Virus record (IMG/VR): IMGVR_UViG_3300010354_000113
Coordinates: 1-55,931 of that record
Length of the DNA stretch: 55,931 nucleotides
Strand: one strand, 5' to 3'
Source: a virus
Lineage: Duplodnaviria > Caudoviricetes
In this document: piece by piece, positions 8,255 to 23,200 of the stretch
Position numbering within the stretch: position 1 is the first letter of the stretch
Layout of the letters: each line of letters begins with the position of its first letter
Program-made: the position numbers and the translations under genes
Notes under the pieces: generated by a model
What the model saw: the letters and a program-made list of their open reading frames with translations, nothing else
What the model was told of the DNA's origin: nothing
Database searches by the model: none

Positions 8255-11200
8255 ATGCAAAAGAATATCGCAGTCTCGGACAGAGTTGAATTTCAACTCC
8301 CAGAATTCATTCGTGAGGAAGACAGACAGTTTGTCAATTTTCTTTTTGAGTACTACAAGTCTCAAGAGAAAACTGGCAGACCTTATGATATTCTAAACAA
8401 CCTTCTGAATTATCTGGACCTTGACAACTATGATTCGGATAGTCTGTCAAAGGATACCCAACTGTTGACAGACATTGGTGTTTATGACACCAAGATTGAG
8501 ATTGAAAGTATTGATGGATTCCAACCATCAGATGGTTCCATCATGATCGATAATGAAGTCATTTACTACGAGTCAGTTACTCGTGGTCCTGACGCAATTA
8601 TCACTCCTGGCGTATCTTTCTCTCAGTTTAATAAGAAAAAGCAACTTCTGGAAAATCCATTTCCACTGTTCGATGGTGTAAGAAATAAGTTTCCACTTGC
8701 ATTCCTTGGCACTCCAGTAGCACCCCCATCACCTGAGCACCTTATCGTTATTACATATAACGAAATGAAGATTCCAGGTGTTGATTATTTCCTGGAAGGT
8801 GATGAGATCAGATTCGCAATTCCACCAAGAGCACGCACAGGTGCTGATGACTCAGAGTTTACTCAAATCATCTATCTGATTGGTTATGCTGATCAAGAAA
8901 TTATCACAACGGATTCGATTCCCTGGCAAGAATGGCAGGGCACTAAGTCATATCCACTTAGACTAAACACTGCACAATATACGCCAACTTCAGAGATTGG
9001 TCTAGTTATCAACAAGAATGGCAGACTTCAAGTGCCATATGAAGACTATACTGTTTATAACCAAGAAGTAGTCTTTAGATACCCAATTGGGTCTGCGGAT
9101 AATATTCACATTCGCTCTGTAGAGTATATTGCACCTGCATATGGTAGTGGTGCAACTGCTGTTGTTGCAGTAAGTCCAAATGGACAAGTAAATAAGGTTA
9201 TCGCTAAAGATGGTGGAAGCAACTATCGTTTAGATTTTGCTCCAAAAATTGCAATTCAAAGCAAAGAGAGTGGTAAAGGTGCTACTGCTAGATCTTTGGT
9301 CGGAGGTATCAAAAATATTAATCTGATCGATGGTGGGCAAGGTTATACCTCATACAATCCTCCAATTCCAACAATTCTTGCTCCATCCAATCCCAATGGC
9401 ACTCCAGCAAGACTGTCATTAACTGTTAATGACACAACTGGTCAGGTTGACACTATCACAATTGATAATTCTGGTAGTGGTTATGATTTCATCCCAGCAA
9501 TTACCTTTGTCAACCCAGGTGGTGCAAGAATTAGTAACCCAACTATCGATAGTGAGGGTAGAATTAACAATGCATCGATTCAAGTCCTGAGCAGAGGTGG
9601 CAACTACACAAATCCACCAGAAGTTTATATTGATCCTGCACCCGAAGGTGGTATCAATGCTCAAGCAATTTCTAGAGTTGACCAAGATGGTCAGGTGTAT
9701 GAAATTTCCATTGTAAACCGTGGTAGAGGATATACTACTCCCCCAAGAGCACGCATCATCGACCCAATCGGTGCACAAGTCCTCGATGTGACTGTTGCAT
9801 CTGGATCAGTGACAAATATTGAGATGTTAACTGGTGGTCGTGGTTATACTGATGCACCTTCTGTCTATATTGTTGATGACAGAAAAGACGCATATGGTGA
9901 ACCAATCGGTGGCACAGGTGCAACCGCAGTTGCTACCATTTTTAATGGGGAAATCACAGATATCAATATTACAAACTTTGGTGAGGGTTATTCTGCAGAG
10001 TTTCCTCCAAAGATTTTTATTGCAGAACCAAAATCTGCCAGAGCATCTGTTGCTGTTGGATTTGGTGAAGTAACTGGTTTTGACATTTTCCAAAATGGTG
10101 AGGGTTATTCGCCTTCAGCATTCCTGAATTGCTCTAGAGGTGTATCTGGTCCAGTTGCATACGACCAATTACACAATGAAATCTATGCGGGCGAGAAATC
10201 ACTTCGTCAATCGAATCACCTCGCTGGCACCACTGTAATTAATCTCGACTCTCTGTTTATTAGAGAGGTATTTGATAAGTTTAGAAGGCAGTATCTACCA
10301 ACAATCGAGATTGACTACTCGGCAGTCAATCCAGTTCAGATTGTAAAAAGTATTAAAGACTTCTACATCTCAAAGGGCACAAAACTCGCTACACAATACC
10401 TCTTCAAAATTATGTTTGGAGAGGAAATTGATGTTTACTACCCCAAGGATGAAATTATCAGTCCATCTGCTGCTAATTGGGTTGTAGACACCATTCTTCG
10501 TGCTGAATTGATTTCTGGTAATCCAGATAACTTGATTGACTCCGAATTAATTCAATATGCAGACAATGTAGACCTTAATGTGAAGGGCGCTTCTGCTCTG
10601 ATTGAAAACGTAATCAGCATCATCCAGGGAACAGATACAATTTACGAATTGGCAATTTCAGAAGAAACCCTTAATGGGTCTTTTGTTATTCCATATAAAA
10701 CGACTCTCGTTGAGCCATTAGATACAGACTCTCAGATTATCACCGTTGACTCAACAATCGGATGGCCAGAGAGAAATGGCACTATCTTAATCAATGATGA
10801 AGAGGAAGTCCAATATAAGGAGAAATCACTTAACCAATTCATCGAATGCACCAGAAGCAAAAATGGTGTTGTAGAAGATTGGGATCCTGGCACCAAAATC
10901 TTCAGTGATATCTTTGTTTACACCAACAAGGGAACTGATATTGAGTGCAAACTCAGAGTTTTGGGTATTGCCGAAGCGGGCACAACTATTCTGGATAACA
11001 CTGGGTCATATTATCTGCCTGGAGACAAGCTGAAAGTTGCAAACCTTGGTTCAACTGCTGAAGGTGAAGAGAGACTTTCTTCTTGGTTATATAATGTCAA
11101 GAAACTCATCAAGATTGATACTATTGAGCCTGGTGGTGTTAATAACCAGACTGCTACTGTATATTGTGAAAATCCTCACGGTCTTCTGGTATCTGACCAA

Positions 11201-14200
11201 GTTACAATTTATGGTGCAAACCCAGTTGTATACAACGGCACCTTTATTGTAACTTCTCGTATTGACGATTTTACATTCTCATATCAATTAAATGTGCCTA
11301 CTAATATTATCCCACAGGGTAATATTCTTTTGTCAGTTGACCTCAATAGAGGTAAATCTGATGTGCCATCTATCAATAAAGTAATCAGTGAGTTTACTAC
11401 CAATATTCAGAATACATTCTTTAATAGTGATTATGTCTATATTGCTGCGTCTGGTCTTCCAAACTACAAAATTGGTCCTTTCACTGGTTCAGCTCTGATT
11501 CCTGGTAACCAACGCAAACTATTCAGACTACCAAGAAAAGTCCAAACTATCTCAGAAAGAAAAGATATTGTTCCTGGCACTCCAATTGGCGCATGGATAA
11601 ATGGTGTTTCGATTTGGTCTTATAAGTCTCGTGAATTTGTAAGATTTGGTCCAATAACATCAATCGATGTTATTGATGGTGGTATCAAATATGACGCTGG
11701 AAACAAACCATCTCTAGAAATTTCAGGTGGTGGTGGCACTGGGGCATCTGCAGAAGTAGTTATTAATGGTCAACTGGTATCATTTGAAGTTACTAATGAG
11801 GGTAGTGGATATATTGAGCAACCACTGGTCTCCATTGTCGGCGGTGGTGGTAGTGGTGCTACAGCGCAAGCAATCGTCACTGGCGGTAGAGTAACAAGAA
11901 TCCTGGTTGAGCAACCTGGCACAGGTTATATCTCACAACCCAGCGTTTCAATCACTGGTGGTGGTGGCACTGGTGCTACAGCAACCGCTAATGTTAGGGG
12001 TCCTGTAGAATCAGTATTTCTCACAAGTGCTGGTAATGGGTATACTGAAATTCCAACAATTAAGTTAAATTCTGGTGAAGGTGCCCTTGCACAACCAATT
12101 GTAATCAATGGTCGTATTGTTTCTATTGCTATTATCAACTCAGGTGCTGGGTATACCACACCACCAACGGTTGTAATTAATGGCGATGGTTTTGGTGCAA
12201 TTGCAAAGGCAAATATTGGCACTGTTGGTGAAGACAAGGGCAGAGTGCTGAGCGTTGAAATTACTAATAGGGGTATTGGATACACTCAAGGCAATACTAC
12301 AATTAGATTGGAGTCAATTGGAGAAAACGCAGTATTCCAAGCAAATGTATTTGAATGGAATAAGAACCTGCAAGCAGACCTTTCTACCAAATTTGACTCT
12401 GCTAGAGGTTATGTTTTCACTGGTTATAATAACCAATTTGGTGGTGAGTATGCTCACCTTTCTGACCCTAAAGAGTTGAGATATGTAGTTGGTGATAATG
12501 TTTTCCGCAATCCAGTCACTCAACAGTTCCAAGAATTAACATCAAACTATAAGCACTCCCCAATTTTGGGTTGGGCATTTGATGGCAACCCAATTTACGG
12601 TCCATATGGATATGATGACCCAACTGACCAGAATAGCGGTATTAGAAGACTGCGTACATCTTTTAAATTAAAGACAAATATTGTATTTGATGAAAATACC
12701 AATCCCAATCCAAGTCGTATTGATGGTCCTTCACTGACAGAGTATCCTGCAGGATCATTTATTGATGACTACTTCTATGATTTCCAGTCTGGCGATTTAG
12801 ACAATTATAACGGTCGTTTCTGTAAGACTCCAGAATTCCCAGATGGAGTTTATGCATACTTCATCACAATCGATGCTTCCGATGCTGGTAAGGCAGAATT
12901 TCCATACATCATTGGTCCCAAATATAACTCACTGCCTGATAGTTGGAACTTTACTCAAGGAGCAACTCAGGAAAATATCCCTGCAGATATTGTGAGATTC
13001 AGAGACCCATATGTTGACGTTGATATTGATGTCGATCGTCAACCAAATCAAGAGTCCAATGTCTTAACTACTGAGATTGAAGGTTATCCTATTATCTTTG
13101 AGATTCAAGACTCCAATAATGATGGTTTGATTGATGCTAACGAGCAACAGGAGTTTCTTGAGTTATCCGAAGAACCAACTCTGCAAATCTTTGATTACTT
13201 CCCACAAGTATCTTCTGAGTCTAGAGTTGATATTGAAGTTGAGAGCACAACTCAGTTTGAAGATGCTAAGATTGATGGATTTGTTATTGAAAATCCAGGT
13301 GTATCCTATCAGGTTGGAGATACTGTATTCTTTGATAATGAGGGCACTGGTGGTTTTGGTGCTTCTGCCCTTATTGAGTCGGTTAAAGGACAGAAGATTC
13401 TTGGTTATACTAAAGAAATTATTGCAGATAAACCCTACGGTGTTATTACAACAGAAATTGAGCACGAATTGCGTCAGGATGATGAAATCCTTGTAAATTC
13501 AACACCCATCTTAGATAATACCAATAAGACCTTTAAAGTAAAGGTCGTAGCAGGTATTGAGCGTATCAATATCATTCAAAGTGGTGTTGGTTACAATCGA
13601 GACATTCCACCAACCTTCGAACTGATTACATCAGCAGGTCAAGATGGTCAACTTGAGTTGATTCTTGAAAATACTGGTCAAATCAATAAAGTAAAAATTG
13701 TCAATTCTGGTAATGCATACGACCCCGAAAATCCTCCAGAGATTCGCGTATCACACCCTCAACAATTCAAGAAAACTCGTTATTGGTTAACTGAATATTA
13801 CGAGGCAACTAGCACTGTAAGAATCATTCACTCAGTTACAACATCAGATAGATACACCTACATTTGCGGTAGTATCACTGAGTCTGATGGTGATATGTCT
13901 GGTTTTATCGCCAAGTTTGATGACCTTGGCGCAAGAGTGTGGCAGAGAAATCTGCTTCCACAGAATTCTGGACAAAAGAGAGTTGAATTCATCAAGATGG
14001 TCATTGATGAGGAATTTGAAAATGATGTCATCTATGTGGTTGGTCAATCCTATAATCCAACTACCTCACAATACAGTCCAGATGTATTCCTAGCGCAGTA
14101 TGAGTCTGGATTTAACAATGCAAACGCTCCAGATGGCATTCTGAGGTGGCAAAGATCTATTGCTGGTATTTCTGGCACTACTAGAAGAGATTATGTGACT

Positions 14201-17200
14201 TCTCTTGCATTAGACCAAGAGAAGAAGATTTATATTGGTGGTTACACTGATACCAACTCACCAGACCCAGATGATATGTGGGTAATTCAGTGTGATTTTG
14301 ATGGTGACATTAAAGAGAAGCGTAAGATTGCATCGGCAGATGGTTCTGAGAGACTTTACCAGATTCATCTGATTTCTGATGATAATTTCTTCTTTGTTGG
14401 TGTAAATGAAGATACGGATGACCTCATCTTTGGTCAATTCTTCTTTGATGGTGCAAATATTGAAATTGATTGGATTCGTCAGATTGCTGTTATTGGTGGT
14501 CAAGTAAGAAATCCCAAATTTACAGTTGATGATTATGGTGCATGTATTCTTGTTTGGGATGTGTATAACGGCACTACAAGCAAGTTTGAAAAAATCCAAA
14601 TCAACAAATTCCAGATTTCAACTGCCAATGCACAGTGGGAATGGGCAAAGAGCATTACTCTAAATACATCCTTCCTGTCAATTAATCATGCAAACGTTAG
14701 CGTTGACGTATTTGGCAACTACACTATTGTAGCAGACGTTGTTGAGTCGCAAAATGAAAGATATTCAATCATCCATTACTTGAAGTATGATGGTACTATC
14801 ATTAAAGAAACCAAAGTTGTAGATGTAAGTAATATTGGTTTTAGTGCTAAGAATCATACTGTTGACAACTCTGGTGACTGCATCATCGCAGCAAACCGTC
14901 AACAATCAGACCAACTCGCATCCTTTAGATTTAATACTGTAGGTGATATTGAGTTTGATTTTACAAAGCAGAATTTGGCAACTTGGACATATGTTGACCA
15001 AGCAAATGTTGTTTTGGATACAACCATCTATAAGTATGGCACTGGATCTTTGAAGTATGTTGCAGGTGCAAAACCAGCATCTCTGACAGGGTTTGACATT
15101 ACACCAAACGAGTGGTCTGCTAGAGCATGGTTCTCGATGAATACAACTGCTTGGTCAACTGCTCATCAACCAACATTCTTTGAGTTTGTACCAGCAACAG
15201 GAAACCGAATTCGTTTTGATATTGATGGTGATTCTGGCAGTGCCAACTACCAAAAGATATTGATTTATGTAAATGGAACTTTAGCAGCATCATCAACAAC
15301 TGCAACTTCTTGGTCGGCATTTGCATCTGGTGCATGGGTGCATGTTACCTTCCAAAAACGCCAAGAGTCCCTGGGTCTCTATAAGTATGAGGTATTCATT
15401 AATGGCAACCTGCAACTGAGTTATCAGACAACAGATGACATTCATCTGGATGATATTGTGATTGGTGGTCCATCCGTATTACCAACTACAACAAATTGCT
15501 TTATCGGTAATATTGACGACTTGGTAATTGATGATATTGCACCATATGAAAATGCATACACAGTCCCAACGTCTGAGATTGCTATTACAACATCAGATTC
15601 TGACGTTGTTTTAGTTAAGTTTGACCGTTTGCATACGAATAGAGGTGGTTACACTCTCCAAGACGTAACCCGTTATGGCGAATTGGAGTTCAGTGATATT
15701 GAAACTGCAACTACTTGGGTGAATATTAACATTCCAGCATTCCAAGCTTGGGAAGAAGGTCCTGGTGGTTTGCAAATCCTCGACATGTCGCAGGTTATCT
15801 CCACATTTAACCCAACAACATATACATTATCTACTGCCAAGTATCAGTATGCATCTAAGACCTCCACGGTGCCATCACCTAGAGGTAAGAGATTAATTAT
15901 CGATTGCGACGTAATCAATAAATTCTATCTTAAGGATGCATCTTACCAGAAGATTGATAATGTGTTGGAATTCACACTAAATCAAAGTGCATTCTTAACA
16001 AAATACAGCATCATTCAGCAATTTAACGCACAGGGTGTTACCACAGCATTTGGTACTATTGTAGGCGTCCCAGAGGGCACTCTTGCAAATCCTGGTATTG
16101 GCACCAAATACAAAGTTGGTAAGATTTATGGCACATTCAATTCTACCGACCGCCTCAGAACAACTGCAGGTGATGTAAATGAAATTATCGGTGAGTATTT
16201 CGATACTGAAGAAGCAGAGCAACCATGGGTAGCAGGTGGCACATACGCTATCGGTGATAGAGTCTACGCAAACAGAAGAATCTATCAATCACAGAGTGCT
16301 GGCACCGCAGGTACCATTTCACCTCAACATACATCAGGCACTGCATCTGATGGAAGTTTGGATTGGGCATTAGTTGATGATGCTGGTAAGTTTGATATCG
16401 ATCTTACCGAAAAACCATACCCAAGACCCATCTATGCTGGTCTTGACATGCCTGAGTGGGATTCCCAAAAGTTATATGCTGTTGGTCAGAGAGTCTGGTG
16501 GAAACTGAATGTTTATCAGGTTGCAGTAGGCGGTGGAGGTGTTTCTGGCACCAATCCCCCAGTCCACACAACTGGCAGCCAATCCGATGGTAGTGTTACT
16601 TGGGAATTTGTAGAAACCCTTGAACAAATCTCTCCATATGCAAGATTTATGGAGTATGACCAGGGAAATAACTACAGCGTCCTCATCGAAGAGATTCACC
16701 CTGGGTCTAGTTACATTCCAGGAGATGTTGTAAGTCTGAGATCCAATAACATTCAGTTAGACTCTTCAAGAAAGCAGGTAAGAATCGTTGGATTCCCATC
16801 TGTTAAGAAAATTCGCGTGACTGCACGCCTTGAAAAAGATATCATCCCAACCCAGTTTGATAGGACTGACCTTGTATATTGCACATCAACAAGTCCCCAC
16901 TTCTATAACATCTCCGATATCATCTACACTGAAGGTTTCCAGGGCGATCAGTTTGATGGTTCATTCTTTGTCCAAGATGTCATTGGTAGCAGAGAATTTA
17001 CTTTCGCTATTCGCAATGCTGCCGTTTCAGATCCAGTATTTAATGCTGGAGCAATCAGCAATGTCAACATTTACGCTAAGCACCCAACACTGAGATTCAC
17101 TAAGAATCACCAGTATAACTTTGACCTTAGTGACCCATCAAACTTTGGTTATTATCTGTCATTCTCTCAAGATAACCAGTATAAACTGGAGTATTCATTC

Positions 17201-20200
17201 AATAATATTGTTAGAGAAGGCACTCCAGGTATCCAGGCAGCTGGTGCGGCACCATTCGTAAAATTCCTGGTAATTGGAGATATTACAAATATCTCATATT
17301 ATTTTGACCCATCACGCACAGGTAGCAACTCTCCTGTTGGTGCAAATTCGTTTATTGATGTTTATGCAACCCCATATCAAGGAAGATTTAAGATTGCTCA
17401 AGTTGTTAATGATTTTACATTCAAATTCCCACTCGTAAGAGAGCCAGAAAAGAATTCTGCAGAGATTGGTGTTGACGACCAAGATAAGGAATACTCCTTC
17501 TACTCAACAACATCTACCAGAGCAGTTGGTCCTATTAATAGCATCAAACTGGTATCTCCTGGTGGTTTCTATAAGAAACTCCCAATTATTAAAGAGATTG
17601 CATCCTTCCGCCAGATTGAAAAAATTGTCATTAATGATGGGGGAACAGAATATTCCCCAGGCGTCTATTATGATGTCCAAATTGCAGGTGATGGTGAAGG
17701 TGCACGATGCATTGTCACTGTGGACTTCGATGATGAAGTTGGGTCTGGCACAATTACCAAGATTCAAGTTACAGACCCAGGTAAAGGTTATACATTTGCA
17801 TCCCTTGATATTGATTCTATTCCTGGCATTCTTGGACCCACACTTGCTGGTTCTGGTGCCTCAGCAACTGTTGTTATTCCAGAAGAAGGTAGTGGTGCCT
17901 CAGTATTCCTTACAGGTAGAAATATCGGTAAGATTAAGAGACTTAAGAATAATGAGTTTGGTTTCGGTTATTCGCACGACTACACTCTGAAACCAGAAAT
18001 TACATTCCCAGTCAACCTGCAACTCTTCAATACTTCTATTCTTTCGGAAATCAAGATTACAGACCCTGGCAGCGGTTACACTTCTGCTCCTGCAGTTGTG
18101 ATTGAAGGTGGTGGCGGCGTAGGTGCTGAGGCAGTCGCTGTTGTAAAAAATAATCGTTTAAATGAGATTCAAATCAAAAATCCTGGTGCTGGTTACTCAT
18201 CCGAGCCTACAGTCACCCTGAAGTCTGAGTTTAACTACGTTGTTAACCTTGACCTTAACTATCTGCAGTTTAACTTCCCACATGGCATTACAACAGGTGC
18301 TGCCATCCAATTCCGTGCAGATAATATTGGATCTATTGAAGGTGATCTTCCAAAACCAAGTAGTGCTGGTTTAACAACTCTTGTTGAGGGTCAAATCTAT
18401 TATGCAATTGCTGGAGAAATTAACTCCCTTGAGCCAGACCAAATCCGCTTTGCACTTACCCCACAATCCGCTGCAGCAGGTGATTATATCACATTCCTGA
18501 CTCAGGGTAGTGGTCGCCAAGTGTTGCTTACCGAAGTCTTTGGCGGTAAAGCAGTTGCAGTGGTGGAAACTTCCAGATTCTTGGAGGGTGAAACTGTATT
18601 CCAAGGTAACACCCTGGAGCAGGCATCTGCCATTGGCAAAGTATCCACAAACACAGGTTGGCAGATTGGTCCTAAGATTCTTAAGATTGTGGACTACAAT
18701 GGTGACTGGAAAGTTGGCGAAAAGGTCAATGGTGTCATCTCTAAAGCATCTGGTATCATTGATAACCTTAGTATTGCTCGTGGTGTGCTCAACATTGGTT
18801 CACTCACTAAGACCCCTGGTAAGTTTATCGATGACGTTGGCAAGCCATCTGAGATTGTCCAAAAGATTCAGGACTCCTTCTTCTACCAAAACTTCTCTTA
18901 TGTGATTAAGTCGGATATCCCCATCACTAAGTGGAAGAATCAGATTCTGCAAAACAACCACCCAGCAGGTTTTCTGATGTTTGGTCAGTTACAACTGACT
19001 GGTGGTAAAGATATTTCTGGTCGCAAAATTGCAACTGAGTTTACTAAAGAAGTAAACATCAATAACTATGCAAACATTAATCAGATTACATCATTTGCTG
19101 CAGCACAACCAATCTACACAGATTACAATAACACCGAAGTCCTCTTCCGTAAGAAGCGCCTGACATCTTCGGAAGAAATCTTGACATCTATTGTTAAGAA
19201 ACTTGATAATGTTTCAAATCTTTTCAATGGCATTGAAAAGTCATTCCCAATTACTGTTGAGGGTGAGCAAGTAATCGTTAATAGTAACCAGTTACTGATT
19301 ACTTTGAATGGTATCATTCAAGCACCTGGAGAGTCTTATCAAGTAGTTGGTGGCAACATTGTCTTCTCCGAACCACCAAGACCAGCATCTAGAGTCAACT
19401 ATAGAACTTTAGGCATTACACCTATTCCAATTTACAGAATCAATCTGTATTCTGGCACAGTAGGTATTGCTAACTATGGTATCTTCCCAACTCTGGGTCA
19501 ACAGGTACAAGGTCAAAATACCAATACTTTTGGCACAGTAATCGACTCTGGCACAAACCACATTGATGTCATCAACATCACTGGTAGTGGATTCCAGTTG
19601 AATGAAGAAATTACTAGAGGCACACTCTTCTCTGCTCTGGTGGAGTCGGTGACTCTACTCAACACTGAGACTATCTTCAGATTTGGTGAGTCAATCACAA
19701 ACCTTGAGGGCGATACTGCAATCATTGAGGAAGTTAACATTGACCCAGAAGGTAATGTAGTTGACAGAGTTGTTGTAAGTAAGACTTCGGGCACTGCTGA
19801 GTTTGAAACTGGCATCTTTGATATTAGACTAAATGAATTCATCTACTCAGCATCCAGCAAGATTGCTGGTAAGGTAACCTTTATTTCACCTTATATTGAC
19901 CCAGCAACTGAAGATCCTGTGGATGAGTTGATTCTTAACCCAGGGTCCACCTTCTATGGTTTGCTGTTTGAGCGTCTGGTGAGTATCACCAACCCCAACG
20001 TCATCCTTGATGATATTTCCAAGTCATCGATTACTGCAACAGAATTGTATGACTCGGGAAATAGAATCAACGCCAACTTCTTAAGTTTTGAAGATGTCAG
20101 AAGCACAGAGGTTACCTATACTGACCTTACTAATGGCACTCTTATCGATGGCGAGTTGGTTTCAAATAAGAAAGTAACTTATACAAATCCTGTGACAGCA

Positions 20201-23200
20201 TATCATGGTAGTGCTGGCAATAGATTCTATGATGCTGCGAATATGATTCGTGATAACAAGCAAGAAATTATTGACTTTGCTGAGGCACAAATTGCTGTTG
20301 AGTATCCCGATTTCTACTTCCCTGGAGATGTCAACACCAATCCAACTAGCAGATATTCAGATTCATACAGAATGATTCAACTGAATAAGGATTTGATTGT
20401 TGGTATGTCATACGATGACATGATTACCCAGTATCCTCTGGTATCTGTCCCTGATGTCAACAAGTGCAAGAGAGACCTTGGTTATTTCGTAGATGCGCTT
20501 TCAATTGATATCTTCCGTGGTGGTAATGTTTACACTCGTAAGTTTACATCTTACTACTTTGATGATACTGGTGCTCTGGTATATGTAAACGCTCAGGCGG
20601 CAGAGACACGTTATGCTTATGAGAGAGCATTAGATTGGATGAAGCAGGCGATTACAAACCAACTGGCTGGCACAATCTCTGCAGTTAATTCTGTAGATTC
20701 TTGGACTGGATATCAAGACCTGACTATCACTGCAGACCCATCACCAAACGATCCATATGGCACTGCAGGGAGCAATACCAGCAATACCGACCCACAGTCA
20801 TGCTCAGACGTTCAAGACGCTCTGACGACGCTCTGGGAGGTCGTAGACACTGCTCTGGATACTGGCACCTTGGATGAGTTGCCAGATGAAGAGATTGGCG
20901 AATACTCTCCAAATGAGACTAAGTGCCGTCGCGACATTGGTTACTTTGTGGATGCTATCGCAAATGATGTTTCTAGGGGTGGCAACTATAACATTGTAAC
21001 CTTTACCAAATTCTACTTCAATAATGCTGGTGCACCTATCAGCAATGGTCTGGTTGGAGAAACTGCACAATCGATAACTGCATTTGAGAAAGCAAGAGAT
21101 CTTTCATACAGAGCAATCAATAACCTCCTGTATTATAAGGACCTAACTCTTCTCAATGACCCAGATTCTTATGGTGGTAATGCTCCAGGTCATACCTACG
21201 ATGCAGACTACTCCACTGGTAGTAACCAACTCATTACCAACTGTGCTGATGTCCAGTCATACATTGCAACCCTGACCGATATTGCAGTTGATGCAATTAC
21301 TGCAGGTAACTTGAATAATGTAAATGCTCTTGCAACCATCAGCGATGGCACTTTTGTCAATAGCGAAAACATCAGGTCAACAAAGATTGCTTATAAGAAT
21401 AAGTCAACTGGTCTGTTTGCCTTTGATGACCAAATCACTGGTGTTACCAGCGGTGCTATCTTCAAGGCGATTGGCGCTAACGCTGGTCTCAAGTGGATTT
21501 ATGCAGGTCCAATTACAGGTGCTATGCAGATTGGCGAATACATCACAAACTCAACTTTGGCAAATCAAGGTGGTGTTACACAGAGTGTAATTGTTAAAAA
21601 AGCAGAATTAAGCGGCACTAAGTCTCTCAACTTCCCTGCTGCAGGGTATCTTGTTGCTGCAGAATCTTACAATTTTGCATTTGGTGCTACCGATGACTTC
21701 ACAATTGAAGCATGGATTAGACCATCTGGCATTAGTGGGACTCAGCATCTCTTTGATTTCAGAAGAACCGCAACTGATGGTCTCAGAATTATCATGGATG
21801 GTCAGCAACTGAGAGTTTATAACGGCACTTCTTCACTGATTATCAGTGGAAATGTATTCACTGCTGCTGATACTTGGTATCATGTTTCTGTTGTAAGAAG
21901 CGATAATGTGCTTCAAGCATATGTGAATGGTGTCCAAGTTGGGTCTAACTATGCCGATACTAATGATTATGGATATGCTCCTTGCTATATCGGTGCAGAT
22001 TTCAATACCACAAACCAGTTTACTGGTTACATGGACAATCTGTATGTCAAGAATGGCACTGCAGACCACATCGGCGCATTTACTCCACCAACTCAAGTTG
22101 ATTATACAGATACTGAAATTGTGCTTGGACTCAATGGCGAAGGTCCATTCATCCTGTCAACTACAGAAACATACGCCACACTCACAAGCATTAATGTATA
22201 CAGTGCTACTACTAAGGTTGTGAATTATGATGACCTTAGTTTTGTTATCAAGGATATTGACCTGGGTAGAAAAGAATACAGAGATTGTGCTGATATTATC
22301 AGTCTGAATGCCGCTTGGATTGCTGAAGAAGCAGTTGGTCGCATGAAGGCTCAATTCCCAGACTTCATTATGCCTGGTGATGACCCAGCAAATAACAGTT
22401 ATGGTGGCACTAACTACTGCCTGCGTGATACTAAGGACTATATCATTGCAGCACTGGTTAAGGACTTAAGAGATGGTGGCAACTATCATACACTCTATAC
22501 AGCACGCACATACCTGTCAACATCTGGTAAGTTGAAGCATGTTGGTAATGAAATTCTGCAGACATTATACACTTGGGATGAAGTGAGCAATATCATGATT
22601 GATATCATCACAACTACAAGCAATGATTTGTCTGGAGAATACACAGAGAAACTGCGTATTCCAAACAACTTTGATTCACCAGCATCTCAGGCAGTCCAAG
22701 ACGAAATTCGTCAGTTAACCACTGACATGCTTGAGGTTATTGCACCATCTCCAAATAGATTTAGAGATTCTGGTATCTTAATCTGGAAAAACCGCGACTA
22801 CATTGCTGATGAAGTTGTTGGTTATATTCAAGACAAGTATATCAAGACTCTTGCTGGTAACCCTGTGGATTTCCTTGATATCCCAGGTGATGATAACATT
22901 TGTAAGCGTGACATCAAGGCATATATCATCCCAGCAATTATTGCGGACCTTGCAACTGGTGGCACATATCAAACACAGAATGTAATTGACTTCTATCTGG
23001 ATTCTCAGAAAAATATTCTTTTTGTTGAGAATGAATTAAATCCAATGCTGGATGCATTCAATAAGACTAAGGAGTTGTGCCAGTTTGCGGTCAACAATCT
23101 TCTGTTAGATGCTGGCACAACTGCATCTGAATATGGATATTCAGCATGGGCACAAGATGATTATTATGAGCCACAGTGGACTTCAAGAAATGCATATAGA

